Origin: an uncultured Prevotellaceae bacterium
GTDB lineage: Bacteria > Bacteroidota > Bacteroidia > Bacteroidales > Bacteroidaceae
DNA: 64,000 nucleotides
Direction: 5' to 3'
Assembly: GCA_900316315.1 (NCBI GenBank)
Contig: ONCK01000010.1
Span: forward strand, 8,082-72,081
Under the pieces are notes generated by a model, which was not told the origin of the DNA, made no database searches, and worked only from the letters and a program-made list of their open reading frames with translations. A program made the translations under genes and the position numbers. This document shows, piece after piece, positions 55,801 through 62,645 of the stretch (positions within the stretch are counted from its first letter, which is position 1; each line of letters opens with the position of its first letter).

Positions 55801-56196
55801 AGTGACGGCGAAATGGTCATAGTCATTGAGGATGTCGCGGAGAATGGTCTGGGCCCTGGGCTGCCACTCAAAGACGGGCTGGGTGGCCATGTTGGACCGC
55901 ATGAAGTGGCTTATGGTGACGATAAAAGGGTCCTCATCCTCCAGCTTTCCCGAGGCAATCTCATAGAGATTGGTGATGATACGCTGCTTCATCTCGGCCG
56001 TCGCTTTCTGTGTGAAGGTGACCGCCAGAATGGAGCGGAAGTCCTGTCCGTCGAGCAGCAACGCGATGTAGCGGGCCGCCAGAGTAAAGGTCTTACCGGT
56101 GCCGGCTGAGGCGCGGAAGACTTGCAGCTGCTTGTGATAAAGTTGCTCGTCGGGCACGGCTGCGGAGTATGGAGAGGTAGATTGTGGCTTACTCAT
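52822..56196 (-). CDS. UvrD/AddA-like ATP-dependent helicase-nuclease
   Basis: Walker A ASAGTGKTFTLA lies 24 aa after ATG 56196. Also MDEFQDTS, helicase motifs, and C-terminal nuclease IVIDFKSGK. The ORF track extends it to 56667, which I do not accept (see findings). Confidence 0.8.
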   Translation of the reverse strand: MSKPQSTSPYSAAVPDEQLYHKQLQVFRASAGTGKTFTLAARYIALLLDGQDFRSILAVTFTQKATAEMKQRIITNLYEIASGKLEDEDPFIVTISHFMRSNMATQPVFEWQPRAQTILRDILNDYDHFAVTTIDSYLQVLLAGLARKLQLRASYQVELDQDKVTQEAVNQLIQDNADFTTPTGKRLKTYIQDQMSDEKSYDIRKSLRKIGRQLFHEEYRKHEEQIKEDQGKKNSEYRKALLQLAKEAADGIRPKAQNFLDKYLQIPDNPRGKKINNYLWKYLTELLKALDCKAPYNSLPKFNATLTGLLAPNAHTGTDQQDEWVKQWHKSKEVDPGQAEAAYDDALELYRLGTQLVETSNSVTLTLQHLNDVSLLYTLDRYIQDIVHQQNKTLLSMTPHTLNRELKEDDAQFILEQTGVRYHSLMMDEFQDTSTSQWEIFSKIADEILASGAVLLVGDVKQSIYRWRNGDWRILQQIDQEGALQRHFQDQTAALIPLRRNQRSRQQIVEFNLALFDYLRQDPAMPFPRAALQQIYDEGFTTTDHSDYYRPDKKGGFVSVKLYVGKKTESLTKDIMQDTFDKILQLVDGGIPQEDIMILVRYNNEAAQIVEYLAQLQQGTNDTTPQQSDISRYRQLQMTSSEAFLLKASISVQLIINALRWLNDPSDDIALYYLIYHYHNDILGKPTDWEDIHRTISGKHLEDYLPQGLDKQLLDLPLYETVSRLTSILLYDDQGRRPLHDDGYVCCLMDCIISFANNYDATIPNLLDYWDDRLSTTSVSGGETKGIRILTIHKAKGLESEIVFVPFCDWGNRENEIWCHPNQAPYDERNWLPITTGDKMELSIYHNDYVEERFLAEVDNVNLLYVALTRAKSSLYISGTKPQKPKENKSPSIWIYNYLSAQHVGGLTEDKTIYQYQTGAEKLQQPSTAVRGHNGHRLKPTITAIPVDIRSHTSRFLFRQSTEARDYLCPEEAQDQVATRRGLLLHALYAEIDVKAHAEAVIERFWVEGAFASLAERQEMARIIHQGWNNPQAARWFDGQWQLIRENNIIVYQGNGKVRPVRPDRVITNGQETIVIDFKSGKRRRQHQDQVKQYMQLLSHMGYPDVKGYLWYVSEKGAPIVGVK

Positions 56197-56918
56197 TTTA
56201 TAATAATAGGAGAAGAATGTTTGGGAAGTAAAATGTCTTTGTTGTAGACAAGCAAGAGCAATCCCGTTTTCTCGTATATCCAGTTCTGGCAAAGGAGAAG
56301 TGCGTTCGAAGTGTCTATGAGTCGGTCCATATGGCTCGTATCGGACTCCAGTGGGGAATGGTCGAAGTTTCGTTGAACTGATTTCTGTGGCCTCAAATAG
56401 GGCTCCAATAGTGGATGGCTGAAGTCTCGTTAAACTGCTCCTGTAATCTCTATCCGGCTTCACCAATGGAGACGGGCGAATTTCGCCAAAGGCATTCCGC
56501 ACCTCTTGTCTTAGGATTTTGGGGAGAAAACCACTCTGCGTCATCGCGGGGAGTTGTCCTTTTGGGACTTTGTCCTTTCCTCGTACACCTCGTTTGCAGA
56601 ATACGAATTTTTCATCCCGCTTCAGCGCTTTCAGATTTTCTCGTCCGAAATAGCCGAAGATACTCATCGGCTGGCGTTGACTCCTCTCCGCTCCACAGAG
56701 ACAAATATCTGACTCGCAGCCTCCATCCTTTGTGGCTGTTTTTAGACCCTGTAAAGGCGAAGAAACGCGGCGCTGAGGCTATTTCCTCTGGACTATCTAT
56801 ACCCCGTGAGAACTACTTGAACGGCCTGTCCGGTGCGAGGCATTTGACTTTGCTTGCGAGGCTCTTCTTGGTTCTCTCGCCTTAACCGTAGGCCTCCTTG
56901 GGTATAAAGAATGCCCGC

Positions 56919-57458
56919 TTAGAGCACTTTGTCGATTTCGCCCTTGATGACGTCGTCGCCAGGATAACCGCCGGTCTCGATATTGTCGTATACCTGTTTG
57001 CCGTTCTTGTCGATGATCATATAGGTGGGGATACCCATGATGCCAAGGCTTTTGAGCAGACCGCTGAACTGACTGTCTGTGAGTCTGTAGTGGTAGCCCT
57101 TGATGGACTTGATGGCATCGCGCCAAGTGGCCATGGGAGAGGTCTCTCCGGTGATGTAGACGAAGTCGACCGGACGCTTGTCCTTGAGATACTGTTCCTT
57201 TATCGGGTCTATCTGAACCATGGCGGCGCGACAAGGTCCGCACCAGGTGGCCCAGAAGTCAATCAGCACCACTTTGCCCTTGTGCTTGGCCTTGATGACG
57301 TCGAGTATCTGCTCGGGTGCCGTAGTCGAAGCGACGGTCTCTACGGTGACGCCTGGAGTGGCAGGAGCTTGTGTCTTGGTGGCCGGAGCCTTACGCTGTG
57401 CACATCCGGTCAGGGGCATGGCCAGAGCGAACAGGAGGACGTAAAGGATATTTTTCAT
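56919..57458 (-). CDS. TlpA-family thiol-disulfide oxidoreductase lipoprotein
   Basis: 179 aa. Lipobox LTGC and thioredoxin motif FWATWCGPC. Confidence 0.8.
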   Translation of the reverse strand: MKNILYVLLFALAMPLTGCAQRKAPATKTQAPATPGVTVETVASTTAPEQILDVIKAKHKGKVVLIDFWATWCGPCRAAMVQIDPIKEQYLKDKRPVDFVYITGETSPMATWRDAIKSIKGYHYRLTDSQFSGLLKSLGIMGIPTYMIIDKNGKQVYDNIETGGYPGDDVIKGEIDKVL

Positions 57459-57516
57459 TGTCTTGTCTGTTTTTGGGGATTATACACTCTTTCTGTTTGT
57501 TCTGCTTTTGTTTGGG

Positions 57517-57524
57517 CAAATTTA
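57517..57524 (-). promoter_or_regulatory. putative -7 promoter box TAAATTTG for the tlpA-like gene
   Basis: Reverse complement of caaattta, 59 nt upstream of ATG 57458. Confidence 0.45.
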
Positions 57525-57613
57525 CGAATAAATGGACGGGAGAGGGTGTAAATGGGATAAAAAATTGTTTGCCTTCTCTTTTTCTGTATTGTAATTTCTC
57601 TATTGGTCTCGTG

Positions 57614-57673
57614 TCGCCCCGTGGGTTTATACTCCCGTCCGCGCAGCCTTTGGCTGCCCTTAGGCTGCCACCC
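57614..57673. repeat. copy R4 (partial) of the palindromic intergenic repeat family
   Basis: CGCCCCGTGGG...GCCTTTGGCTGCCCTTAGGCTGCC matches the right half of 59194-59256. Confidence 0.6.
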
Positions 57674-57690
57674 ACACTCCTCGGTGGTAG

Positions 57691-57725
57691 AAATAAAAAA
57701 GGAGAAATGAATCATTTCTCCTTTT
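57691..57725 (-). terminator. rho-independent terminator of tRNA-Tyr
   Basis: On the minus strand: AAAAGGAGAAAT-GATTC-ATTTCTCCTTTT followed by TTATTT. Confidence 0.75.
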
Positions 57726-57730
57726 CTGAG

Positions 57731-57816
57731 TGGTGGGCAAAGATGGATTCGAACCACCGAAGGCGTAAGCCAGCAGATTTACAGTCTGCCCCATTTGTCC
57801 ACTCTGGTATTTGCCC
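57731..57816 (-). tRNA. tRNA-Tyr (anticodon GTA), CCA encoded
   Basis: Minus strand reads GGGCAAATACCAGAGTGGACAAATGGGGCAGACTGTAAATCTGCTGGCTTACGCCTTCGGTGGTTCGAATCCATCTTTGCCCACCA. It has a 7-bp acceptor stem, anticodon loop CTGTAAA, a long variable arm and a GGTTCGAATCC T-loop. Confidence 0.95.
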
Positions 57817-57835
57817 GTTAGTATCTTTTGCGGTG

Positions 57836-57843
57836 CAAAGATA
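57836..57843 (-). promoter_or_regulatory. putative -7 promoter box TATCTTTG for tRNA-Tyr
   Basis: Reverse complement of caaagata followed by CA, 19 nt upstream of the tRNA 5' end and directly abutting the ribH stop codon. Confidence 0.5.
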
Positions 57844-58341
57844 CTATTTCTTTTCCAAACTTCTGCGGTAAGCAATCATTTTTATTGCCGTAGCGCCGTA
57901 TTCCTCACCTTTATTGCCCAGTACGCCGCCTGAGCGTTCCTCTGCCTGCTGGCGATTGGAGCATGTCAGCACGCCAAAGATGACTGGCACTTCTCCCTGA
58001 GCGTTGAGCGCGGCCAAGCCGTTAGTCGTCCCTTGGGCGATGAAGTCAAAGTGGGGCGTCTCGCCTCTGATGATGCAGCCGATGGCGATGACGGCGTCCA
58101 CCTCGTGACTCTGAGCCATGAGACTGCTGCCATAGATGAGCTCAAAGCTCCCCGGCACCGTCTTGATGAGGATATCCTCCTCCTTGACGCCGTACTGCTT
58201 GAGCGTCTTGGCGGCGCCGTCGGTCAGTGCCAGTGTAATTGAATCGTTCCATTCGCTGACCACGATGCCCACTCTCATGCCTGTAGCGTCAGGCATGCCT
58301 CGGGCGATGATATCATTAATATTGTATTGTGCGGAAGCCAT
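57844..58341 (-). CDS. ribH: 6,7-dimethyl-8-ribityllumazine synthase
   Basis: 165 aa. RVGIVVSEWN, VPGSFEL, GCIIRGETPHFDF. Confidence 0.95.
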   Translation of the reverse strand: MASAQYNINDIIARGMPDATGMRVGIVVSEWNDSITLALTDGAAKTLKQYGVKEEDILIKTVPGSFELIYGSSLMAQSHEVDAVIAIGCIIRGETPHFDFIAQGTTNGLAALNAQGEVPVIFGVLTCSNRQQAEERSGGVLGNKGEEYGATAIKMIAYRRSLEKK

Positions 58342-58377
58342 TTTGCTCTTGATTCCGTAGCTTTGCGATTGAGTCTC

Positions 58378-59049
58378 TTACTTGGAGACGCGCTGTATAT
58401 ACTTGTCGATAGACTCAGCATAGGGAGCCTTGGGATACTTCTGCTTCACCTCTTGATAGAGCTTGAGGGCCTCATCGGTCTTGTTCTGGCTCTCCAGCAG
58501 TTCGCCTGCTTGAATGAGGAAGATGGGGGACAAACTATTGTTGTCAGCCTCAGCAGCTGCCTTCTTGAGTAGGGAGATAGCCTTGTCAATCTGTCCCAGC
58601 TGGGCGTAGCAGTTGCCGCGTGCGGAGACGACAGCGGGAGAGATGAGACGGTCGCCCTTCTCGTCATACTTGTCCAGATAGGTCAGAGCGTCTTTGGCAT
58701 CCCCCTTCTGTGCGTAGCTGAGTCCAGCGTAGAGGTTGGCGAGGTTGCCTGCCTTGGTGCCAGAGTAGCGCTTGGCGATGTCGAGGAAGCCGCGAAAGTC
58801 GGTATTGTCACCGTTGAGGGCTACGTCAAAGTTGCCTGCGGCGAAGTAGTTCTGTCCCTTGGAGAGCAGGTAGCTGGCCTTTTCGGCTCGTGGCTTGGAT
58901 ATGAAGTTGACATAGCTATAGATACCGGCGATGACGACGATAATGCCGATGAGGACGCCAATGAATATCTTCTTGTTCTTCTCAATAAATTGAGTTGATT
59001 TGTCCAGGGCGTTGGTAGAGAAGGCCTGGTCTTCCGTCTTGTGTGCCAT
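58378..59049 (-). CDS. membrane-anchored tetratricopeptide-repeat protein (YfgM-like)
   Basis: 223 aa. One TM helix (IFIGVLIGIIVVIAGIY) followed by TPR-like helices. From memory, a common upstream neighbour of ribH in Bacteroidota. Confidence 0.65.
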   Translation of the reverse strand: MAHKTEDQAFSTNALDKSTQFIEKNKKIFIGVLIGIIVVIAGIYSYVNFISKPRAEKASYLLSKGQNYFAAGNFDVALNGDNTDFRGFLDIAKRYSGTKAGNLANLYAGLSYAQKGDAKDALTYLDKYDEKGDRLISPAVVSARGNCYAQLGQIDKAISLLKKAAAEADNNSLSPIFLIQAGELLESQNKTDEALKLYQEVKQKYPKAPYAESIDKYIQRVSK

Positions 59050-59193
59050 TGTGTAAATTGAAATCGGTTTAATCGTGCTTTTTGTAAATGCAAAGGTAAC
59101 GATTTATCTTGTAATGAAAAGGACTTTAAAAGAAAAATTATTGTTTTGCCTTCTGCCGCCGGTCCATACAACTCGCCAAACGCCATCCAAAGT

Positions 59194-59256
59194 GCAGGGA
59201 AGCCTAAGGCTTCACGTAATTTCGTCCCGACGGGGTTGGTTGCCCTTAGGCTGCCC
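59194..59256. repeat. copy R2 (most complete) of the palindromic intergenic repeat family
   Basis: GCAGGGAAGCCTAAGGCTTCACGTAATTTCGTCCCGACGGGGTTGGTTGCCCTTAGGCTGCCC. The outer arms GGGAAGCCTAAGGC / GCCCTTAGGCTGCCC pair at about 12 of 14 positions. Inner hairpins are GAAGCC-TAA-GGCTTC and CCCG-AC-GGGG. Confidence 0.75.
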
Positions 59257-59257
59257 G

Positions 59258-60175
59258 CTAGTCTCTGATAGCCGGGTTAGGTTTAAAGTCCACTTCTAGA
59301 CCGTCGTAGGCCGCTTTGAGAGGGCTTGGCAGTTGGGTGTCCAGTTGCGCTTGCGTGCCATGGAGCGTGCGGGCCAGATGAGTGAGGTATACAGGTTGTC
59401 CGCTAGGTGGCAGGTAGAGCTTTCTGCTGTTGAGCACATCGTAGATTCGCTTCACAAGCGCCACGCTAGAGTGCGTGAAGAGGCGGAAGTTCACCTCGTA
59501 GTTCATACCCATTGTAGACTCCATGATGAGCGCCGTGATCGGCGTCCCTGAATTTTCAGGATCGATGCCAGCCCATCGTGCCGCCCTCACCGGTATACCA
59601 CTCGTATCCGTCGCGTAGATGAGGCGCACGTCACCCTTCTCCAGAAGGAAAAATTGCGTCTGCTCCTGTATGTTGCCCGTTGCGTGATTGGCTGGTAGAG
59701 GAGTTACCGTGACATTGGACTGCTCAATCGGCACGCCGAAAGTCGTCTTCAGCACCTGCGGCATGCTTACGCCCAACGTACTAGCCACAGACTGGAAGCG
59801 CGACACGCAAGTGTCGTACCACGAACTGTGGCAGTAGACCGTCTTGATTCCCAGCTGTAGAGCGTCTGTCGGATTGAAGTGGTCGCCATGTGAGTGGGTA
59901 TAAAAGATGACTGTCGGAGCTACCCCCGAGGGCAACATATCCTTAGCCTGAGCCGTATAGTCGATGAGAAAACTATTGTCCACCAAGATGCTGGAAAATC
60001 GGCGATGTTCTCCACGGCCATCTACGCCCTGCCAGTCAGCCGCTCCTGTTCCCAGGAAGCGGATGTGGAGTCCCGTCCCTATTGTCGAGCTCAATACCAG
60101 TTTTTTTGCGGCCGTCTTTTGCACTGCTGCGGTCATTGCGGCTGTCGCCACCCCAATAAATGTCCTGCGATTCAT
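59258..60175 (-). CDS. MBL-fold metallo-hydrolase with twin-arginine signal
   Basis: MNRRTFIGVATAAMTAAV (Tat-like) and HSHGDH metal motif. I chose ATG 60175 over the ORF-track start 60226. Confidence 0.75.
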   Translation of the reverse strand: MNRRTFIGVATAAMTAAVQKTAAKKLVLSSTIGTGLHIRFLGTGAADWQGVDGRGEHRRFSSILVDNSFLIDYTAQAKDMLPSGVAPTVIFYTHSHGDHFNPTDALQLGIKTVYCHSSWYDTCVSRFQSVASTLGVSMPQVLKTTFGVPIEQSNVTVTPLPANHATGNIQEQTQFFLLEKGDVRLIYATDTSGIPVRAARWAGIDPENSGTPITALIMESTMGMNYEVNFRLFTHSSVALVKRIYDVLNSRKLYLPPSGQPVYLTHLARTLHGTQAQLDTQLPSPLKAAYDGLEVDFKPNPAIRD

Positions 60176-60388
60176 TATATAAAAATATAAAATGTATAGG
60201 AGAGTGTAAAATGTTTTGTTCCACAAAAATACGAAAATCTCCCGTTCCCATCAAATTTTTCCTCGTCTTTTCGCCTGTACCCAGGTCTATGCGACTACTT
60301 GCAAAAAAAACATCATGGAGGTCAGCCAATAGGAAGACTGAGATCCATGATGTTTATAATTGATTCGCTTTGTCGGGTGGTGGGGTCG

Positions 60389-61327
60389 CTAGACGATATA
60401 CTGAGAGGAGATACTCTCGTTGTTCTCGATGCGCTTGATGGTCTCTGCGAACATGTCGGCGACGCTGAGCTGTTTGACCTTGGAGCAATGGCCGGTGTAG
60501 AGGATGGAGTCGGTGAAGACCATTTCCTCCAATTCGCTCTCCTCGATGCGCTGGCTGGCGGGGCCAGACATGATGCAGTGGCTGGCGACGGCGCGTACGC
60601 TGAGGGCGCCCTGCTCCTTCATGATTTTTGCGGCGAGGGTGATAGATCCGGCGGTGTCGACCATATCGTCGACGAGCACTACATTCTTGCCCTTGACGTC
60701 ACCGATGATCTGCATGGAGGCTACGACATTGGGACGCTCACGCACCTTGTTGCACAAGACGAGGGGGCACTGCAGATATTTGGCGTAGGTATTGGCGCGC
60801 TTGGACCCTCCGACGTCGGGGGTGGCGATGCAGAGGTTGGGCAGGTTGAGGCTCTTGATATAGGGCAGGAGGGTAGAGGAGGCGTAGAGGTGGTCTACGG
60901 GGATATTGAAGAAGGCCTGCTCCTGGTCGGCGTGGAGGTCCATCGTGATGAGACGGTCGATTCCGGCGACGCTGAGCAGGTCGGCTTCCAGCTTGGCGGC
61001 GATGGAGACACGGGGCTTGTCTTTGCGGTCCTGACGGGCCCAGCCGTAGTAGGGGATGACGGCGATGATGTGGTGGGCGGAGGCGCGCTTGGCTGCATCA
61101 ATCATCAGCAGAAGCTCCATGAGGTGGTCGGAGCTGGGATTGGTCGACTGTACGAGAAAAACGTCATGGCCGCGAATGGACTCTTCGAAGCGTACGGAGA
61201 ATTCGCCGTCAGCAAAGCGTGTAAACGCCAACTTGCCCATGGGGATGCCCAAGTGTTTGCAGATCTTCTCTGTCAGGTAGAGGCTGTTGGTGCCCGAGAA
61301 AACCATAAATTGAGGATTGTCGCTCAT
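60389..61327 (-). CDS. prs: ribose-phosphate diphosphokinase
   Basis: 312 aa. FSGTNS, DLHADQ, and PRPP loop VLVDDMVDTAGS. Confidence 0.95.
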   Translation of the reverse strand: MSDNPQFMVFSGTNSLYLTEKICKHLGIPMGKLAFTRFADGEFSVRFEESIRGHDVFLVQSTNPSSDHLMELLLMIDAAKRASAHHIIAVIPYYGWARQDRKDKPRVSIAAKLEADLLSVAGIDRLITMDLHADQEQAFFNIPVDHLYASSTLLPYIKSLNLPNLCIATPDVGGSKRANTYAKYLQCPLVLCNKVRERPNVVASMQIIGDVKGKNVVLVDDMVDTAGSITLAAKIMKEQGALSVRAVASHCIMSGPASQRIEESELEEMVFTDSILYTGHCSKVKQLSVADMFAETIKRIENNESISSQYIV

Positions 61328-61440
61328 TTTTAGATTTGTGTGTATATAATTTGTAGGATGTAGTGTTGAGTCTATCTCGCTCCTATTGACCCGTCTCGCG
61401 CACAGGCCGACGCCGTGGGATGGCAGGCTTTTGTCAACTG

Positions 61441-61448
61441 CAAAAGTA
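61441..61448 (-). promoter_or_regulatory. putative -7 promoter box TACTTTTG for prs
   Basis: Reverse complement of caaaagta followed by CA, about 113 nt upstream of ATG 61327. Confidence 0.45.
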
Positions 61449-61497
61449 ATTATTTATTGTCAATATGGGATAGGATGATGGGCTTTTTTTTGAATGC

Positions 61498-61575
61498 CAG
61501 AGGAAGCCTAGGCTTCGCGTAAATTGTCATCCGGCTTACAACCCCGTCTAGGGTAGCCGCCTTGTGAAGGCTGTA
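61498..61575. repeat. copy R3 of the palindromic intergenic repeat family
   Basis: AGGAAGCCTAGGCTTCGCGTAAA (61501-61523) ... CCCCGTCTAGGGTAGCC. Same block order as R2, but more diverged. Confidence 0.65.
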
Positions 61576-61610
61576 AGAAAAAAGTTTTTGTCTATCCCCC
61601 GCTTATTTTG

Positions 61611-61618
61611 TAACTTTG
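61611..61618 (+). promoter_or_regulatory. putative -7 promoter box TAACTTTG for the 61646 gene
   Basis: TAnnTTTG preceded by CCGCTTATTTTG. Its position rules out the ORF-track start at 61616. Confidence 0.5.
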
Positions 61619-61645
61619 TTCCCAATAAATACGGATAGAGTAAAA

Positions 61646-62185
61646 ATGTCAGCTTTGGTAATCAAAATAGCAGATGTTGACTGGCGTGCGGCTAAGGCTG
61701 GCAAACCGTCGGAGTTGCTGCCTGCCCTGGAGAAAATACTGCTGCCCCTCCTGGACAGCGGACTGACTGCGGAGCGCATGGCCCAGCTCAAGGCGGACCA
61801 AGTGACGCTGATGGCTTACCTGTGCCTGCGGCGCGAGATGAGAGAGGGCGGCCTCGTACAGCTGATATACAATGGCTATGGCGGCTTCATCCTGCACAAT
61901 CCGCTGGCCAAGGCAATGAGGCTCTGGGGACTCAAGGACCTCTCCAAACTGCTCTACGACTGCCGCCGCCTCTATGACGAGCAGGGCGACACGATAGAGG
62001 GACTTGACCTGTCGGAGAAGGACTTTATGGCGCTCTACGAACAGCATCCAGAGATGGAAACGGTGGATGACGATTTTGTGGAATGCGAGCCCCTGTTTAC
62101 GGCCGCAGTCTGTCGGTATGTGCTGGATCATCCGGAGAACTTTGACCTGTCCGTGACCGAAACGACTCAAAAAAATGAACGATAA
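61646..62185 (+). CDS. hypothetical protein, possibly DUF4375/DMP19-like
   Basis: 179 aa from ATG 61646 ([13 protein letters not shown]). [14 protein letters not shown] resembles the NNGG motif of the DMP19 C-terminal domain. Weak assignment. Confidence 0.45.
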   Translation: MSALVIKIADVDWRAAKAGKPSELLPALEKILLPLLDSGLTAERMAQLKADQVTLMAYLCLRREMREGGLVQLIYNGYGGFILHNPLAKAMRLWGLKDLSKLLYDCRRLYDEQGDTIEGLDLSEKDFMALYEQHPEMETVDDDFVECEPLFTAAVCRYVLDHPENFDLSVTETTQKNER

Positions 62186-62645
62186 GATAAGCAAGACGAT
62201 ACTCATACGCAACAAGCGGGCCGAGTTTGACTACTACTTTTTGCAGAAACTCACGGCCGGCCTGGTACTGACCGGTACCGAGATTAAGTCCATCCGTACG
62301 GGTAAAGCCTCCCTGGTAGACACTTACTGCATCATCACGCGGCATGAGGTATGGGTCAAGGGGATGTATGTCGCACCTTACTTCTACGGCTCCTTCTCCA
62401 ATACGGGGGAGCGCCGGGACCGTAAGCTCTTGCTCAACCGCCGCGAGATACGCAAGTTGGAGACGGAGATCAAAAATCCAGGACTGACCATCGTTCCGAC
62501 AAAGCTCTTCATCGACGACAAGGGGAGGGCCAAACTCGAGATCGCTCTCGCCCGAGGTAAGAAGCAGTATGACAAGCGCGAGGTGCTCAAGGAGAAAAAT
62601 GACCGTCGCGAGATGGACCGCGCGATGAAGTTGTACAGCAAATGA
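62175..62645 (+). CDS. smpB: SsrA-binding protein
   Basis: 156 aa. [28 protein letters not shown], and a basic C-terminal tail. Confidence 0.95.
   Translation: MNDKISKTILIRNKRAEFDYYFLQKLTAGLVLTGTEIKSIRTGKASLVDTYCIITRHEVWVKGMYVAPYFYGSFSNTGERRDRKLLLNRREIRKLETEIKNPGLTIVPTKLFIDDKGRAKLEIALARGKKQYDKREVLKEKNDRREMDRAMKLYSK

Noticed and set aside
56197-56667. The ORF track's 1281-aa version of the helicase, which starts at ATG 56667
   Set aside because: The extra 157 residues precede a normal AddA/UvrD N-terminus (Walker A 24 aa after ATG 56196) and match no known domain. I annotate the gene from 56196 and report the stop-free stretch as a finding rather than as CDS.
56415-56885. 156-aa plus-strand ORF in the tlpA-helicase spacer
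   Set aside because: Cys/Arg/Leu-rich sequence with no motifs, start context or promoter box. Not credible as a gene, though the region itself is flagged.
56197-56918. Possibility that the spacer encodes RNase P RNA or tmRNA (smpB is nearby)
   Set aside because: I searched both strands by eye for the hallmarks. These were GAGGAAAGUCCGGGC and ACAGAAnCCGGCUUA for RNase P, and a GGGG...5' end, an alanine-tag ORF and a tRNA-like ...GGUUCGAnUCC...CCA 3' end for tmRNA. Only a vague AGGAAAGGACAAAGTCCC string is present, so there is no support.
60299-61333. 344-aa plus-strand ORF antisense to prs
   Set aside because: Gly/Asp/Val-rich shadow ORF. The minus strand encodes a textbook ribose-phosphate diphosphokinase.
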